IMG/VR virus record: IMGVR_UViG_3300046777_001793
Coordinates: 1-64,000 of that record
Length of the DNA: 64,000 nucleotides
Direction: 5' to 3' (one strand)
From: a virus
Shown here: piece by piece, positions 1-9,857 of the stretch
Layout: the number at the start of each line of letters is the position of its first letter
Numbering within the stretch: position 1 is the first letter of the stretch
Translations under genes and position numbers: made by a program
The notes under the pieces: model-generated
Databases searched by the model: none
What the model was told of the DNA's origin: nothing
The model's input: only the letters and a program-made list of their open reading frames with translations

Positions 1-2
1 GT

Positions 3-248
3 TGATACAGATGAAATAGATATATTCTTAAACATTGTATTAAGAATAGAAAAAATATTTTCATTTGATAAAGCCTGTTTTGATAACTCACCATTTGGTA
101 ATTTGTATTTAATATTCTTATCGGTAAGCATTTTAAATACAACATCAATAATATTATCATTAACAAACTCATCTAATTTTATTCCTGAAACTTCAAGTTT
201 TTGTGTAGAGTTTTCAGGAATAACATTAAGTCTTCTTGATTTTCCTTC
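3..248 (-). other. In-frame continuation of the 249..1274 ORF beyond its TGA (82 open codons to the window edge)
   Basis: Manual translation after TGA at 249-251 gives EGKSRRLNVIPENSTQKLEVSGIKLDEFVNDNIIDVVFKMLTD...ISSVS with no stop. Confidence 0.7.
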
Positions 249-1274
249 TCATACTTTATGTACTTCTACTTTATCAAGATTAGAAATATTAGAAAGATTT
301 GTTCTTGTTTTAAAAACATTTTCTAAAAACCCTGAAGAACTTTCTTTTGTATTTATAGGCAAGAAAACATTTTTACCAGCAGCCAAGTTTTCTTTAACTG
401 ATTCAATAGTTTGTAAGTGTAACTGAAATGCTTCTTTAACTCTTTTTTCAGCTTCAGGTCTTGACATTTTATATTTTTCTAAAAATATATCTACAAGAGC
501 TTCTAACTTAAATGAAAATTCTTTAGCTGTTGTTTTAACCCAATAAACAGGAACACTACCTTCTTCAGAAACATTACCTTGTGAATCAAATGAAACAATC
601 TCATCCTTGTTATTAACAAGAACCATAACTAAATCATCTGATAAGAAATTCTTTTCTGTACTTAATGTTTTAAATCCAGACAGATCTTTAAACAGCATAG
701 CTTTAAAACGCAATCCTGCAGCATTTTCAGACTTAATAACATTTACTGTTACAGCAGTAGTCAAAGTATTATTTTCATCTTTTACATTATCCTTAAATGA
801 TAAAGCAGATGAAACTTTTGTATCCTGGTTTTCAGTTTTACTAAACAAAAATGAAACAGCATCAAATCTAAAATCTTCTTCTTGTTCAACAGGAACAGTA
901 GGTATAATAGAAACTTTACCAATTGCTGAATTTAATCTTGTTAAAACTCCAACTAAAGAATCAAGATCTTTAAGACCTTCAATTACCTGTTTCTTAAAAT
1001 AATCAACATCATCCTTTAATTTTTTATTAGAACTAAAAACTAATTTTTCTTCTAATATCTTTGGAAGAACAGTCAAATGCTGAAGAACTAATTCTTTTAG
1101 TTCATCTTCTGTTAATTCAGAATTGGCAAAATCTTTAATTGCTTCATCATAAAACTCTTTCAATAAAGCAGAAAAAGAAGCCTTATCTAGGGCTTCTTGT
1201 TTCATTTTTTCTGCAACCGTATCAAAATAAGCGTAAAATAATTTAACCGAGTCAGGTGTTATACAAATTTTCAT
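249..1274 (-). CDS. N-terminal part of a probably much larger virion cargo protein (possibly the virion RNA polymerase-bearing protein)
   Basis: ATG 1 nt after the TAG of the 2125-aa gene; lies at the end of the cargo block where crAss-like phages encode giant vRNAP proteins; no catalytic motif visible in the window. Confidence 0.5.
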   Translation of the reverse strand: MKICITPDSVKLFYAYFDTVAEKMKQEALDKASFSALLKEFYDEAIKDFANSELTEDELKELVLQHLTVLPKILEEKLVFSSNKKLKDDVDYFKKQVIEGLKDLDSLVGVLTRLNSAIGKVSIIPTVPVEQEEDFRFDAVSFLFSKTENQDTKVSSALSFKDNVKDENNTLTTAVTVNVIKSENAAGLRFKAMLFKDLSGFKTLSTEKNFLSDDLVMVLVNNKDEIVSFDSQGNVSEEGSVPVYWVKTTAKEFSFKLEALVDIFLEKYKMSRPEAEKRVKEAFQLHLQTIESVKENLAAGKNVFLPINTKESSSGFLENVFKTRTNLSNISNLDKVEVHKV

Positions 1275-1275
1275 G

Positions 1276-4200
1276 CTACTTACAAGTATTTAATTTTTCT
1301 TCAGGAATAGCAATCCCTTCTTTCATAAACTTACCAAAGTTATTAAAAACATTTAAAAGTGAATTACTAATATTTTTAAAATCTTCTTTATTCTCAAATG
1401 ACAAGCCATCTTTAGATTTAACAGATTCTCCAATAGTAACTACATCTGAAACCATTAATGGTAAATCTTCAAATGTAGCTGTCATTACATTTGTTGTATT
1501 TAATTCTTGTAATTGAACTTGTCTATTTAAAAGACCAGGAAGAACTCTGTAAGCCTTATTATTAATAATAAGAATTTCATTTGAATTATCCGTAGAAAAC
1601 CTAGAAATTTTATTAACCATTTCTCTTGAAAAATTTTCCATTTGTTTTGTTGTAACAAGTTTACCTAACCTAAATGCAGCAAGAGTAACTATTAAATTTA
1701 ACAATGTAGGTTTTTCATCTAATCTTTTTACAGCAGTATTATAATAAATATAACGAGGTTTATTTTTAGAATTTTCAGGTTGAGAAAATAACAAATCTGT
1801 TGCTAAAGTTTCAGCATCATTCATTAAGTCTTCATTTAACTGATATTCTTCTATAACTTCAGGTTTAGATTCTTCTTGTTCTTGCTCTTCTTCTTTTGAC
1901 TCTTCTGATTTTTCTTCTTTAACACCCATTTCAGCTTTAAACTCATCAGAGCCTAAATATTTTGCAGTATATTTATGATACTCTTCAAAATACTTTTGAC
2001 CTTCTTCACTTGCATAAAATTCAATCAATGCTGTTTCCTGTTGAGTTTCATTTAAGAAATAATCTTGTTCATCTTTATACATGTCTTCAAGGTATTGTTT
2101 ACCTTCTTCAGAGTTCATATAAGATTCCCATTCATTAGCTGTGTCTATTTGCACATTAAGTTCTTCACCAGCAGCATTTTCAGCTTGTCTTTTTTGTTGT
2201 TCATTATATTCTTCATTTAACGCTTTAACAATATCAAAAGCTGTTTCAATCATTTCAGAAATTGAATTATGATTTTTAAGAACCTCAATACCATATTTTT
2301 CAGAATTATCAACATCTTTAAGAAGTTCATTATCTTCAAAAATAGTATCAAGTGATCCTTTACCAGTTGGACTTATAAATGATCTTTTTCTTCTTGTTTC
2401 AATTTCTTGTTCACTACCGGTTACTTGAGATTCAATAAATTCTTTTGTTACTCTACCACCACCTAAAAAGAATTGAAGTGCCAAAAGTTCTTTGTCTAGT
2501 TCACTATTACCAATAACTTGGTATCTTAGAGCAACTTCTCTTTTTTGTGCTTTAGATACAGCACTCTCTACAGTTGCTTCTTTTTTAGCTTTTGGTGCTC
2601 TTACGCTAGGTTCTACAAGTCTAATCTTATACATTGTACCAATAAGTTGTTCACCTTTTTTAGTTTTGGCCATTGTAATTCTAAATGGTAAACCAGAAGC
2701 ACGCAACTTTTTATTTATTTTGTTTGCTGCTGTAGGAAACAATCTTTTTTGAGAATCTAATTCAATAAATAAATCAACTAATTTATTTAATGATTCTAAT
2801 TTGTTAGAAGTAAAATCAACTTTATCAACAATTAATGAACCTTCTTTTGCTGCAGTTTGCTTGATAGTCTTTATTTGGTTAATCAAAGCAACCTTATCTT
2901 CCATCAATAAAAGTTCAGGAAAATAAGTTTCATAAAAAACAACATGAGATCTTGGTACTGAAACTTTAACAGGTTTTTCTTTTTTAGTATTATCCTTTTT
3001 AGTAATAGTAATTACATCATAAATATTTTTCTTTGCTAATAATTCTCTATTGTTCTTAATAGTTTTTCCAACTTTATCTAATCTTTCTTTCTCTCTTTCT
3101 TCTTGATCAAGTTCAATAGAAATCATTTCAGCCATTTCCTTATCATACTTCTTCTGTGCTCTTTGTTGTTTAAGTAGTTTCTTTCTTTGAATAACTTCAA
3201 ACACATCAGAAATAGTAATTTCTTTAGCACGTAATTGAGTAAACAATTTGTCAACTTGCTTATTTGTTAAAAGCTCAATATCTTCAAATGGTAAACCAGC
3301 TTTATCCAATCTCAACATTAATATATCTCTATTGGATGTTGGTGCTTTTTCTACAGCGTTTTGTTTTCTTTGAGCTTTACCTTCATCAATACTTTCTTGC
3401 CATTGTTGTTTTCTTTTTTCTCTAAGAATTTTTGCATCTTCAATGGTTTTCTCATTCTCTAACAGGATACGGTTCTCATCAGAAATAGCAAATGTATTCT
3501 CATTATGCTCTTTAAGCATTTTAATGACAACAGGATTTTCTGCAATAATAGTTCTTACTTGCTCTTGCTCAAACTCTGTTAAATTCATTATGTCTTTACC
3601 ATAGATTTTATTTAACTCATTAACTACATCTGTTGGTAGAGCTTTAAAAGGAGCATTCTCATTAAGTATGATATTACCATATATATCAGTATCTGCTTCT
3701 CTATTAACAGGAATAAATGGTGCTTGTCTAACTTGCTCTTCAGCAGGAACATATTCATTCAATTCAAGAGTTAAGTCATTTATCTCAATGTTCAATTTAG
3801 CAATAAGATTTTTCAATCTTGATGCTTTTCTAAATGACATAGCTTTATTTAACTTAGAACCAGAAATTCCACTTAATTCAGTTTGATACCTTTGTAGTTC
3901 AGCTTTCTTATCTGCAATTTCATTTCTCAAAAAGTCTTCTCTATCAATAGGCTCTTCTTCCTCTTGTTCAGCAGACTCATTTAAAAAATCCAATGGTGGT
4001 AAAGGCTCAACAACTTCTTCTTCATCTATTACTTCTTCTGCTTTGATAAGTTCACCATCTGTAACCGCAACTTTTGTTAAATAAACAGCTCTGTCAACCA
4101 AAGTCTTATTATTCAACGTAGCTTTTATAATACGCTTAATTAACGCACTCAATGTAAACCAAAGGCTTTTTGTGTCTATGTTACTATCATCATTCACTCT

Positions 4201-7200
4201 CTGCATCAATCTCTGCAAATCTCGGTTATTCATAGCTTCTACCAAGAATATTACAGGATCATTAAAGAAACCATCATTGATTTGTCCTAGTTCTCTTGTA
4301 GCGGCTTCTTTTGCTTGTTGCATAAGTAATGTTACTTCCCCTGCAAATTCAGGATCAGATATGACTTTTTTAGCAACCTTGTCTTGCAACAAAGCAACAG
4401 TAAACAAACCTTCAAATGATAAACGTGTATTCCTAAATTCAGAACCAGCAAATCTTAAATCAATAGTAGTAACACCATCTTTAAAAGTAATTGGCATTTC
4501 TGCATTGGTAACAAATCTTATTACACCCCCTTTGTCAAGTAACTCTTCTAGTATCTCTACATCTGTAGCTCTTAGGTTTCCTGATTTAAGAACACGTTTA
4601 ATAAGACTCTTACCTGATGGCGTAGATAAGTCTATATCTTCATCCATCTTTAGTCTATACTCTCTTATTATTTCCTTTACTGTTCTATTGTCTTTTTCTG
4701 CTCTATAAGCCCCAGCTCTTGTAATAGATGATTTATCATTAGCAATCTTCTTGTTCTTTACATTCTTGTAAATAGCTTCAATTATTCTGTGTACTTCTGC
4801 TTCTTCTTCCGGAGTAGCTCTTTTATTAGTAACAGCATTATAAATCCTAGATGGCATTATACCTCTTTCCACAAGGTCATCAATCTCATTCATGTCAAAG
4901 ATTAAACCTTTTTCAGTAAGTATCTGCATCAGTTTACTTGCTTTCTTTCTTTCTTCAAAAGCATCTAATGAATCTTTTATTTGAGCTTCAAGTCTTGCAA
5001 TCTTACTCTTATTAGATTTCTCTGCTGCATCCATAAAGCGGTTAGCGTATTCAGGATTGTTTAAGAAGTTGATATGGTCTTGTAAATGCTCATTGTCTTT
5101 TGTTAGCATGTGGTAATCAAATACTGATTCCACAACATCATTTAAAAGTTCAGGATTTCTTCTAAACTTTGGAGTAAATGTAGATGCGTAATCAAGTAAA
5201 GCTCTATTTACCTGGTCATACATTTCTTCAATAGAATCAATGTTACCTTTGTCAGATGCTTTCTTAGCTTCTGAAATACCTTCTTTCAATGCTTTTAATG
5301 CATTAAGTCTTTCCTGTAATGTAGCAAGTTCTTTTTTGCTTTCAGGTCTTGAAGAATTTATATCTTTTATTGATTTAATTTCAGTATTTAACAACTCAAT
5401 ACTTCTATCCATTTCTTTTGTAGATAAAAGTGCTTGTTTGTCTAGTGAATTTAAATCAAGCATAGAAGATGCATTTGCAATTTTTTCTTCTATACTTTTA
5501 GTTCTTTCTAAGTTATTAAGTATTGTAGCATTAGAAAAAAGTAATTCTTTCTTTAATTCTTGAGATGCTTGATACTTATGGTATTTTTCAAAATACTGTG
5601 GATCTTTTTTAGAAAGTAATCTAGGATTAATTGGATCAACAAAGTTCTGATTAATCTCATCATTTACAGCTCTAAGTTTTCTTAATGTTAAAGCTTTACC
5701 TTTTAAGTTAGCTCTAACACCTTCCACATTATCTTCAGTAATATCAGTTCTCTTTAAAGCTTCATTCAAAGTTTGAATATCTGCTTTATTAGCAAGAGCT
5801 TCTAAATGGTCAACCATATCACCATCAGCATTAGAATCAATAAGCATTTTAGCTTGAATGGTGAAAGACTTATCTTGGTAATCTTTTACCTTTTTAATAT
5901 CACCTTCTTTTATTGCTTCTTCTAATTTTTCCTGAATTTCTACTTGTTGGAATAATGGTTTATTGATAACATCATAAGCTTTATCTAAATTTGCTTGAAA
6001 AGTTGCATTTAATATTTTAGCAATCTTTTCATTTCTAAGATTTGCTTGGTCTTGTTGCTCTCTATATGATTTTGATAAACTTCTATATCCTTTACCTAAA
6101 GCAAACTTTTGAACACCTTGAGTAATCATTGAAACAGGAGATGCCATAAAGCCCATTAAAGCACCGGCCCAGAATGTAGTTCCTTCTTGTCCATCTTTAG
6201 GTCTAAATTTAAACTCTAAGTCATTTCCAACAAAATCTACATGATCAGATAAGTCATTAAACAATGTATTAAAATAACCACCTTCATTTTGTTTTGTAGG
6301 TTTTGTTCTTCTTACATAAGCTTGAGCACCTTGAGCAATTGCATCTTGTTCTAACTCTTGAAAACCTTCAGCGTAATTCCCTAATGTTACTCTTGCAAGG
6401 TTAGTAGGATTAAATGTTTTTATTGTCCAATTTTTAAAACCTCTACCAAGATTTATACCTAAGTTTTCTGTAACAAAACTTGCGTTAGCTTTACCAATGT
6501 TACGCATTGTATTTCTACCAGCTTCAACACTTCTCAACCAATTATTATTGAACTTCATGTTTCTGAAAATATTATCAAACGCTATAGCATTAGTAGCATA
6601 TATTAAACCAAAGTTACCCATATAAGTTTGAGTGCGCACTTTGTCAGCTTCTACTCTAAGCAAGTCCATTTGTTCATCTGATAGAGGAGCACCGCCATTT
6701 TGAGCTTTAAGTTCTTTAGTTCTAGTTTCAAGATACTCATCTCTATTCATATCAGCTTCTAATCTTGATTCACCATGAGTCATAGTAAATTTTCTTGCAT
6801 CTCTATATAGAGCACCAGCACCATTAACAGTTTTAACCAAACCATTAATGTCACTCATTTTATCAAGATCTTTTAAAAATGTAGCAGTATTACCAACTGG
6901 GTTTAATCCTTTAAGAATATCAGTTCCAAACTCTTTTGCACCTTTAGCAACTTTTTGACCAAAGTTCATTGTTTGATATGCTTCTTGAGCTCTTTCAATA
7001 TTAGATAAGTCTTGCATGACTTCTAAATGAGTTCTGCCACCACCAGCAATCCTTGCTAATTTACTTGAACCTAATTTAGTAAATGCAGTATTTAATCCTC
7101 TACCAAGTTTACCGCCTGTTAAAAATAAACCAGCACCACCTGTTAAAGCACCAAGAGCAAGTTCTTCAGCAGCAACCGCACCAATAATACCAGCAGTATA

Positions 7201-7653
7201 ACCAGCAGACAACCATGTATTACCCCAAAAGCTAACATCTCTACGGTTATCAATTGAGTAATCTTGCATTATATCTGCAAACTTTTTTGATGAATCTTTA
7301 GATTGAATAGAACCTAAAGCAACAGTATCTTGAAAACCTACACCGGCAAGTTTAAAAAAACCTTTTGTACTTCTTGCTAATTCTTGACTATTAGTTGTTC
7401 TTAAATTATAATATTCAGCATTATCTCTAGTTATATCAAAACCAAGTTTACCAAATGTTTTTGAATCATAAGTAAGGTATCTATCATAATCTGTTTGAGA
7501 TAAGTTTACCTTACTAGCTGTCATTTTAGAAACATCAAACTGTCTATCTTTGGCATATTTTATGTCAACTTTTCTAGCTGCTCTATCAAAAGCATCACTA
7601 TTTTTATCAATAACTTTAGGTTTATTGTTAGTAGGATTTACACTTTTAGCCAT
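1276..7653 (-). CDS. Giant virion cargo/ejection protein (2125 aa)
   Basis: Size, position after muzzle and cargo genes, N-terminal Gly/Ala-rich hydrophobic helices (AGYTAGIIGAVAAEELALGALTGGAGLFLTGG), coiled coils. Confidence 0.7.
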   Translation of the reverse strand: MAKSVNPTNNKPKVIDKNSDAFDRAARKVDIKYAKDRQFDVSKMTASKVNLSQTDYDRYLTYDSKTFGKLGFDITRDNAEYYNLRTTNSQELARSTKGFFKLAGVGFQDTVALGSIQSKDSSKKFADIMQDYSIDNRRDVSFWGNTWLSAGYTAGIIGAVAAEELALGALTGGAGLFLTGGKLGRGLNTAFTKLGSSKLARIAGGGRTHLEVMQDLSNIERAQEAYQTMNFGQKVAKGAKEFGTDILKGLNPVGNTATFLKDLDKMSDINGLVKTVNGAGALYRDARKFTMTHGESRLEADMNRDEYLETRTKELKAQNGGAPLSDEQMDLLRVEADKVRTQTYMGNFGLIYATNAIAFDNIFRNMKFNNNWLRSVEAGRNTMRNIGKANASFVTENLGINLGRGFKNWTIKTFNPTNLARVTLGNYAEGFQELEQDAIAQGAQAYVRRTKPTKQNEGGYFNTLFNDLSDHVDFVGNDLEFKFRPKDGQEGTTFWAGALMGFMASPVSMITQGVQKFALGKGYRSLSKSYREQQDQANLRNEKIAKILNATFQANLDKAYDVINKPLFQQVEIQEKLEEAIKEGDIKKVKDYQDKSFTIQAKMLIDSNADGDMVDHLEALANKADIQTLNEALKRTDITEDNVEGVRANLKGKALTLRKLRAVNDEINQNFVDPINPRLLSKKDPQYFEKYHKYQASQELKKELLFSNATILNNLERTKSIEEKIANASSMLDLNSLDKQALLSTKEMDRSIELLNTEIKSIKDINSSRPESKKELATLQERLNALKALKEGISEAKKASDKGNIDSIEEMYDQVNRALLDYASTFTPKFRRNPELLNDVVESVFDYHMLTKDNEHLQDHINFLNNPEYANRFMDAAEKSNKSKIARLEAQIKDSLDAFEERKKASKLMQILTEKGLIFDMNEIDDLVERGIMPSRIYNAVTNKRATPEEEAEVHRIIEAIYKNVKNKKIANDKSSITRAGAYRAEKDNRTVKEIIREYRLKMDEDIDLSTPSGKSLIKRVLKSGNLRATDVEILEELLDKGGVIRFVTNAEMPITFKDGVTTIDLRFAGSEFRNTRLSFEGLFTVALLQDKVAKKVISDPEFAGEVTLLMQQAKEAATRELGQINDGFFNDPVIFLVEAMNNRDLQRLMQRVNDDSNIDTKSLWFTLSALIKRIIKATLNNKTLVDRAVYLTKVAVTDGELIKAEEVIDEEEVVEPLPPLDFLNESAEQEEEEPIDREDFLRNEIADKKAELQRYQTELSGISGSKLNKAMSFRKASRLKNLIAKLNIEINDLTLELNEYVPAEEQVRQAPFIPVNREADTDIYGNIILNENAPFKALPTDVVNELNKIYGKDIMNLTEFEQEQVRTIIAENPVVIKMLKEHNENTFAISDENRILLENEKTIEDAKILREKRKQQWQESIDEGKAQRKQNAVEKAPTSNRDILMLRLDKAGLPFEDIELLTNKQVDKLFTQLRAKEITISDVFEVIQRKKLLKQQRAQKKYDKEMAEMISIELDQEEREKERLDKVGKTIKNNRELLAKKNIYDVITITKKDNTKKEKPVKVSVPRSHVVFYETYFPELLLMEDKVALINQIKTIKQTAAKEGSLIVDKVDFTSNKLESLNKLVDLFIELDSQKRLFPTAANKINKKLRASGLPFRITMAKTKKGEQLIGTMYKIRLVEPSVRAPKAKKEATVESAVSKAQKREVALRYQVIGNSELDKELLALQFFLGGGRVTKEFIESQVTGSEQEIETRRKRSFISPTGKGSLDTIFEDNELLKDVDNSEKYGIEVLKNHNSISEMIETAFDIVKALNEEYNEQQKRQAENAAGEELNVQIDTANEWESYMNSEEGKQYLEDMYKDEQDYFLNETQQETALIEFYASEEGQKYFEEYHKYTAKYLGSDEFKAEMGVKEEKSEESKEEEQEQEESKPEVIEEYQLNEDLMNDAETLATDLLFSQPENSKNKPRYIYYNTAVKRLDEKPTLLNLIVTLAAFRLGKLVTTKQMENFSREMVNKISRFSTDNSNEILIINNKAYRVLPGLLNRQVQLQELNTTNVMTATFEDLPLMVSDVVTIGESVKSKDGLSFENKEDFKNISNSLLNVFNNFGKFMKEGIAIPEEKLNTCK

Positions 7654-7656
7654 GTT

Positions 7657-9849
7657 TTAAAAATTTATTGTTTTAAGTTGATTAAGATAATCATCAATTA
7701 CTTCTTGTGCTTTAACTTCAGCATCTTTTATATTTAATGTTGAATTATAACCTAAAAAAACTCTTTTTTCTTTTTCAATAGCTGTTCCATTTTCATCATT
7801 CCCATTTATAAACAAAACTAATTCTTTTATTTGAGTCTTTGGATTATACTCAATACGCGGTCTTCCAATTATAGCAGTATTTCCATTAGCATCTTTGTCA
7901 TTAAATTCAGGTAAAACTTTTTCACCTTTCATCCTAAATGTATTTTCATGACGGTCAATTGCAGCTGCTTTATAAAATGGATCATTCTTAGCTTTTGATT
8001 TAGGAACATACAGCTGAAGAACTTCATTTGTTTTTCTATCTCTAATAACATAAGATGAATAATCTTTATTACCTACATTTTTTAAGAAAGTAACAGCAAC
8101 ATCTTTTCTGGGTTTTGAGAAAAATGTTTTATAAGCTTTTTCAGCATCATCTGAAGTCTTTTCATCATCTTCATATGCTGGACCAAAACTAGCAAGTGTA
8201 TCTAAAAAACCACCTCTATCTTCTTTTCCTGCTGATATATCAACTTTAGATTTAGTGAAATTTCCTTTGCTGTGAAGTTCAGCTCTAATGTCACCATCTA
8301 TTTCACCATTCTCATTAAAAATCATATCTAATACTGATTGAGCATAGTTATGTTTTGGTGAATTACCACCAGCTTTAACAACATACTTTTTGTCTTTATC
8401 CAAAGTCATATCTACACCAACATATTCTGTTAACATAGTTTCTTCATTACCCATGTTAAATGCATAAGCGGTATGCTCTAAACCTTTGATTTTTTTCATA
8501 TCAACCTTGTTGTACCCCAATCTGTAGTTTTTAGTCATTTCTTTGTACATGTTAGCTACAGCTTCTTTTGTTTCAACATCAATATTATTACCACCTGCAG
8601 CCCAGTTGCCACCTTTTTGATATGCTTCTGCCATTTTTTTATTTCTAATATCTTTTGTTACAGCATTAGAAAACTCCGTAAAACTCTTTACTTTATAAAC
8701 AGCATCCTCGCCTTCTCCTTCAACCTTAAATAAAGATTTATAGTATTTGTTTTTAACAATTAAATCTCTAGCTACATCAGCAGATATTAAATTTTTAGAT
8801 TTCTTAAAATCATCATAATCTTTAATTGAAGTTTCAATTACATCTAAATCTTTATGGTAGTATCTAGCATCTTTTGAAAAGTTATTTTTGTATTGAGAAA
8901 AAATATTCATTGAACCATAGTAACCTAAGTTTTCAGAAATATTAGCCATAGACTTTCTTTCTTCTTTTATGATATTTAATTTTTCATCTAATGTTTTAAC
9001 TTTAGCTAATTTGTTAATTATACGTTGAGAAACTTCTTTATTCTCTTTATTAGCATCTCCATATTTAGCAACATGAGAAAGAATTTGTAAGTTATAATCA
9101 TAAGCTCTTTTCTTTTCATCTGCATTTTTAGAACTACTAGTAGCATAAGCTAATGATTTTTTAGACCAATCAGCAACTACAGTAGAAACTTCTTTACGTA
9201 ATCCTTTTTGCCAATTATCATCATAACCTTTTAAATCAAAATAAGCCCAAGAAATATCTCTATTTGGATTACCTTCTTTATCAGAAGCTTTATAAGTTTT
9301 TAATGGATTACCTTGCTTATCAACTTTTACTCTAGGGTTTTCATCTTCTATATCAAATTGTTCTTGCTTTAACAATCTAAAGTTACCATCATTTGATATT
9401 TTATACCTTGATTGTTTATTATTTGTCAACTCTTGAATTAATTCCCAATTATTTTGAGCTTCTTTTAGACCAGTTTCAAACAATTTATTATCACGTGCTT
9501 TAATACCAGCACCAACAGAATATGCTCCTTTTTGCAACTTTTGTATAGCTTTCTTTAATTCAGGATTAGCCTCATCATCATTAAGAATTTGGTCATACCT
9601 TCCACTATAAGCTCTCATCAAATACCCATAATCTTGATAAGTAAAATCAAGAGGTTTTCCATCAGCACCTTTTAATTTATCAAGTGTGGGTTGAACAGTA
9701 GTTAACCAATCTTTTTTTTGATTATTTACAGCTGCAGGTTTTTGTTCAGTAGAATTTGAAACAACAGTTGCATCAGGTTTAACTAATTCTGAAGAATTTA
9801 TACGTTTTTCGTATGCTTCTAACTGTTTTAGTGAAGGTCTATATCCCAT
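7657..9849 (-). CDS. Putative virion cargo protein (730 aa)
   Basis: Long ORF tightly coupled within the cargo block. Confidence 0.55.
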   Translation of the reverse strand: MGYRPSLKQLEAYEKRINSSELVKPDATVVSNSTEQKPAAVNNQKKDWLTTVQPTLDKLKGADGKPLDFTYQDYGYLMRAYSGRYDQILNDDEANPELKKAIQKLQKGAYSVGAGIKARDNKLFETGLKEAQNNWELIQELTNNKQSRYKISNDGNFRLLKQEQFDIEDENPRVKVDKQGNPLKTYKASDKEGNPNRDISWAYFDLKGYDDNWQKGLRKEVSTVVADWSKKSLAYATSSSKNADEKKRAYDYNLQILSHVAKYGDANKENKEVSQRIINKLAKVKTLDEKLNIIKEERKSMANISENLGYYGSMNIFSQYKNNFSKDARYYHKDLDVIETSIKDYDDFKKSKNLISADVARDLIVKNKYYKSLFKVEGEGEDAVYKVKSFTEFSNAVTKDIRNKKMAEAYQKGGNWAAGGNNIDVETKEAVANMYKEMTKNYRLGYNKVDMKKIKGLEHTAYAFNMGNEETMLTEYVGVDMTLDKDKKYVVKAGGNSPKHNYAQSVLDMIFNENGEIDGDIRAELHSKGNFTKSKVDISAGKEDRGGFLDTLASFGPAYEDDEKTSDDAEKAYKTFFSKPRKDVAVTFLKNVGNKDYSSYVIRDRKTNEVLQLYVPKSKAKNDPFYKAAAIDRHENTFRMKGEKVLPEFNDKDANGNTAIIGRPRIEYNPKTQIKELVLFINGNDENGTAIEKEKRVFLGYNSTLNIKDAEVKAQEVIDDYLNQLKTINF

Positions 9850-9857
9850 AATATTAT

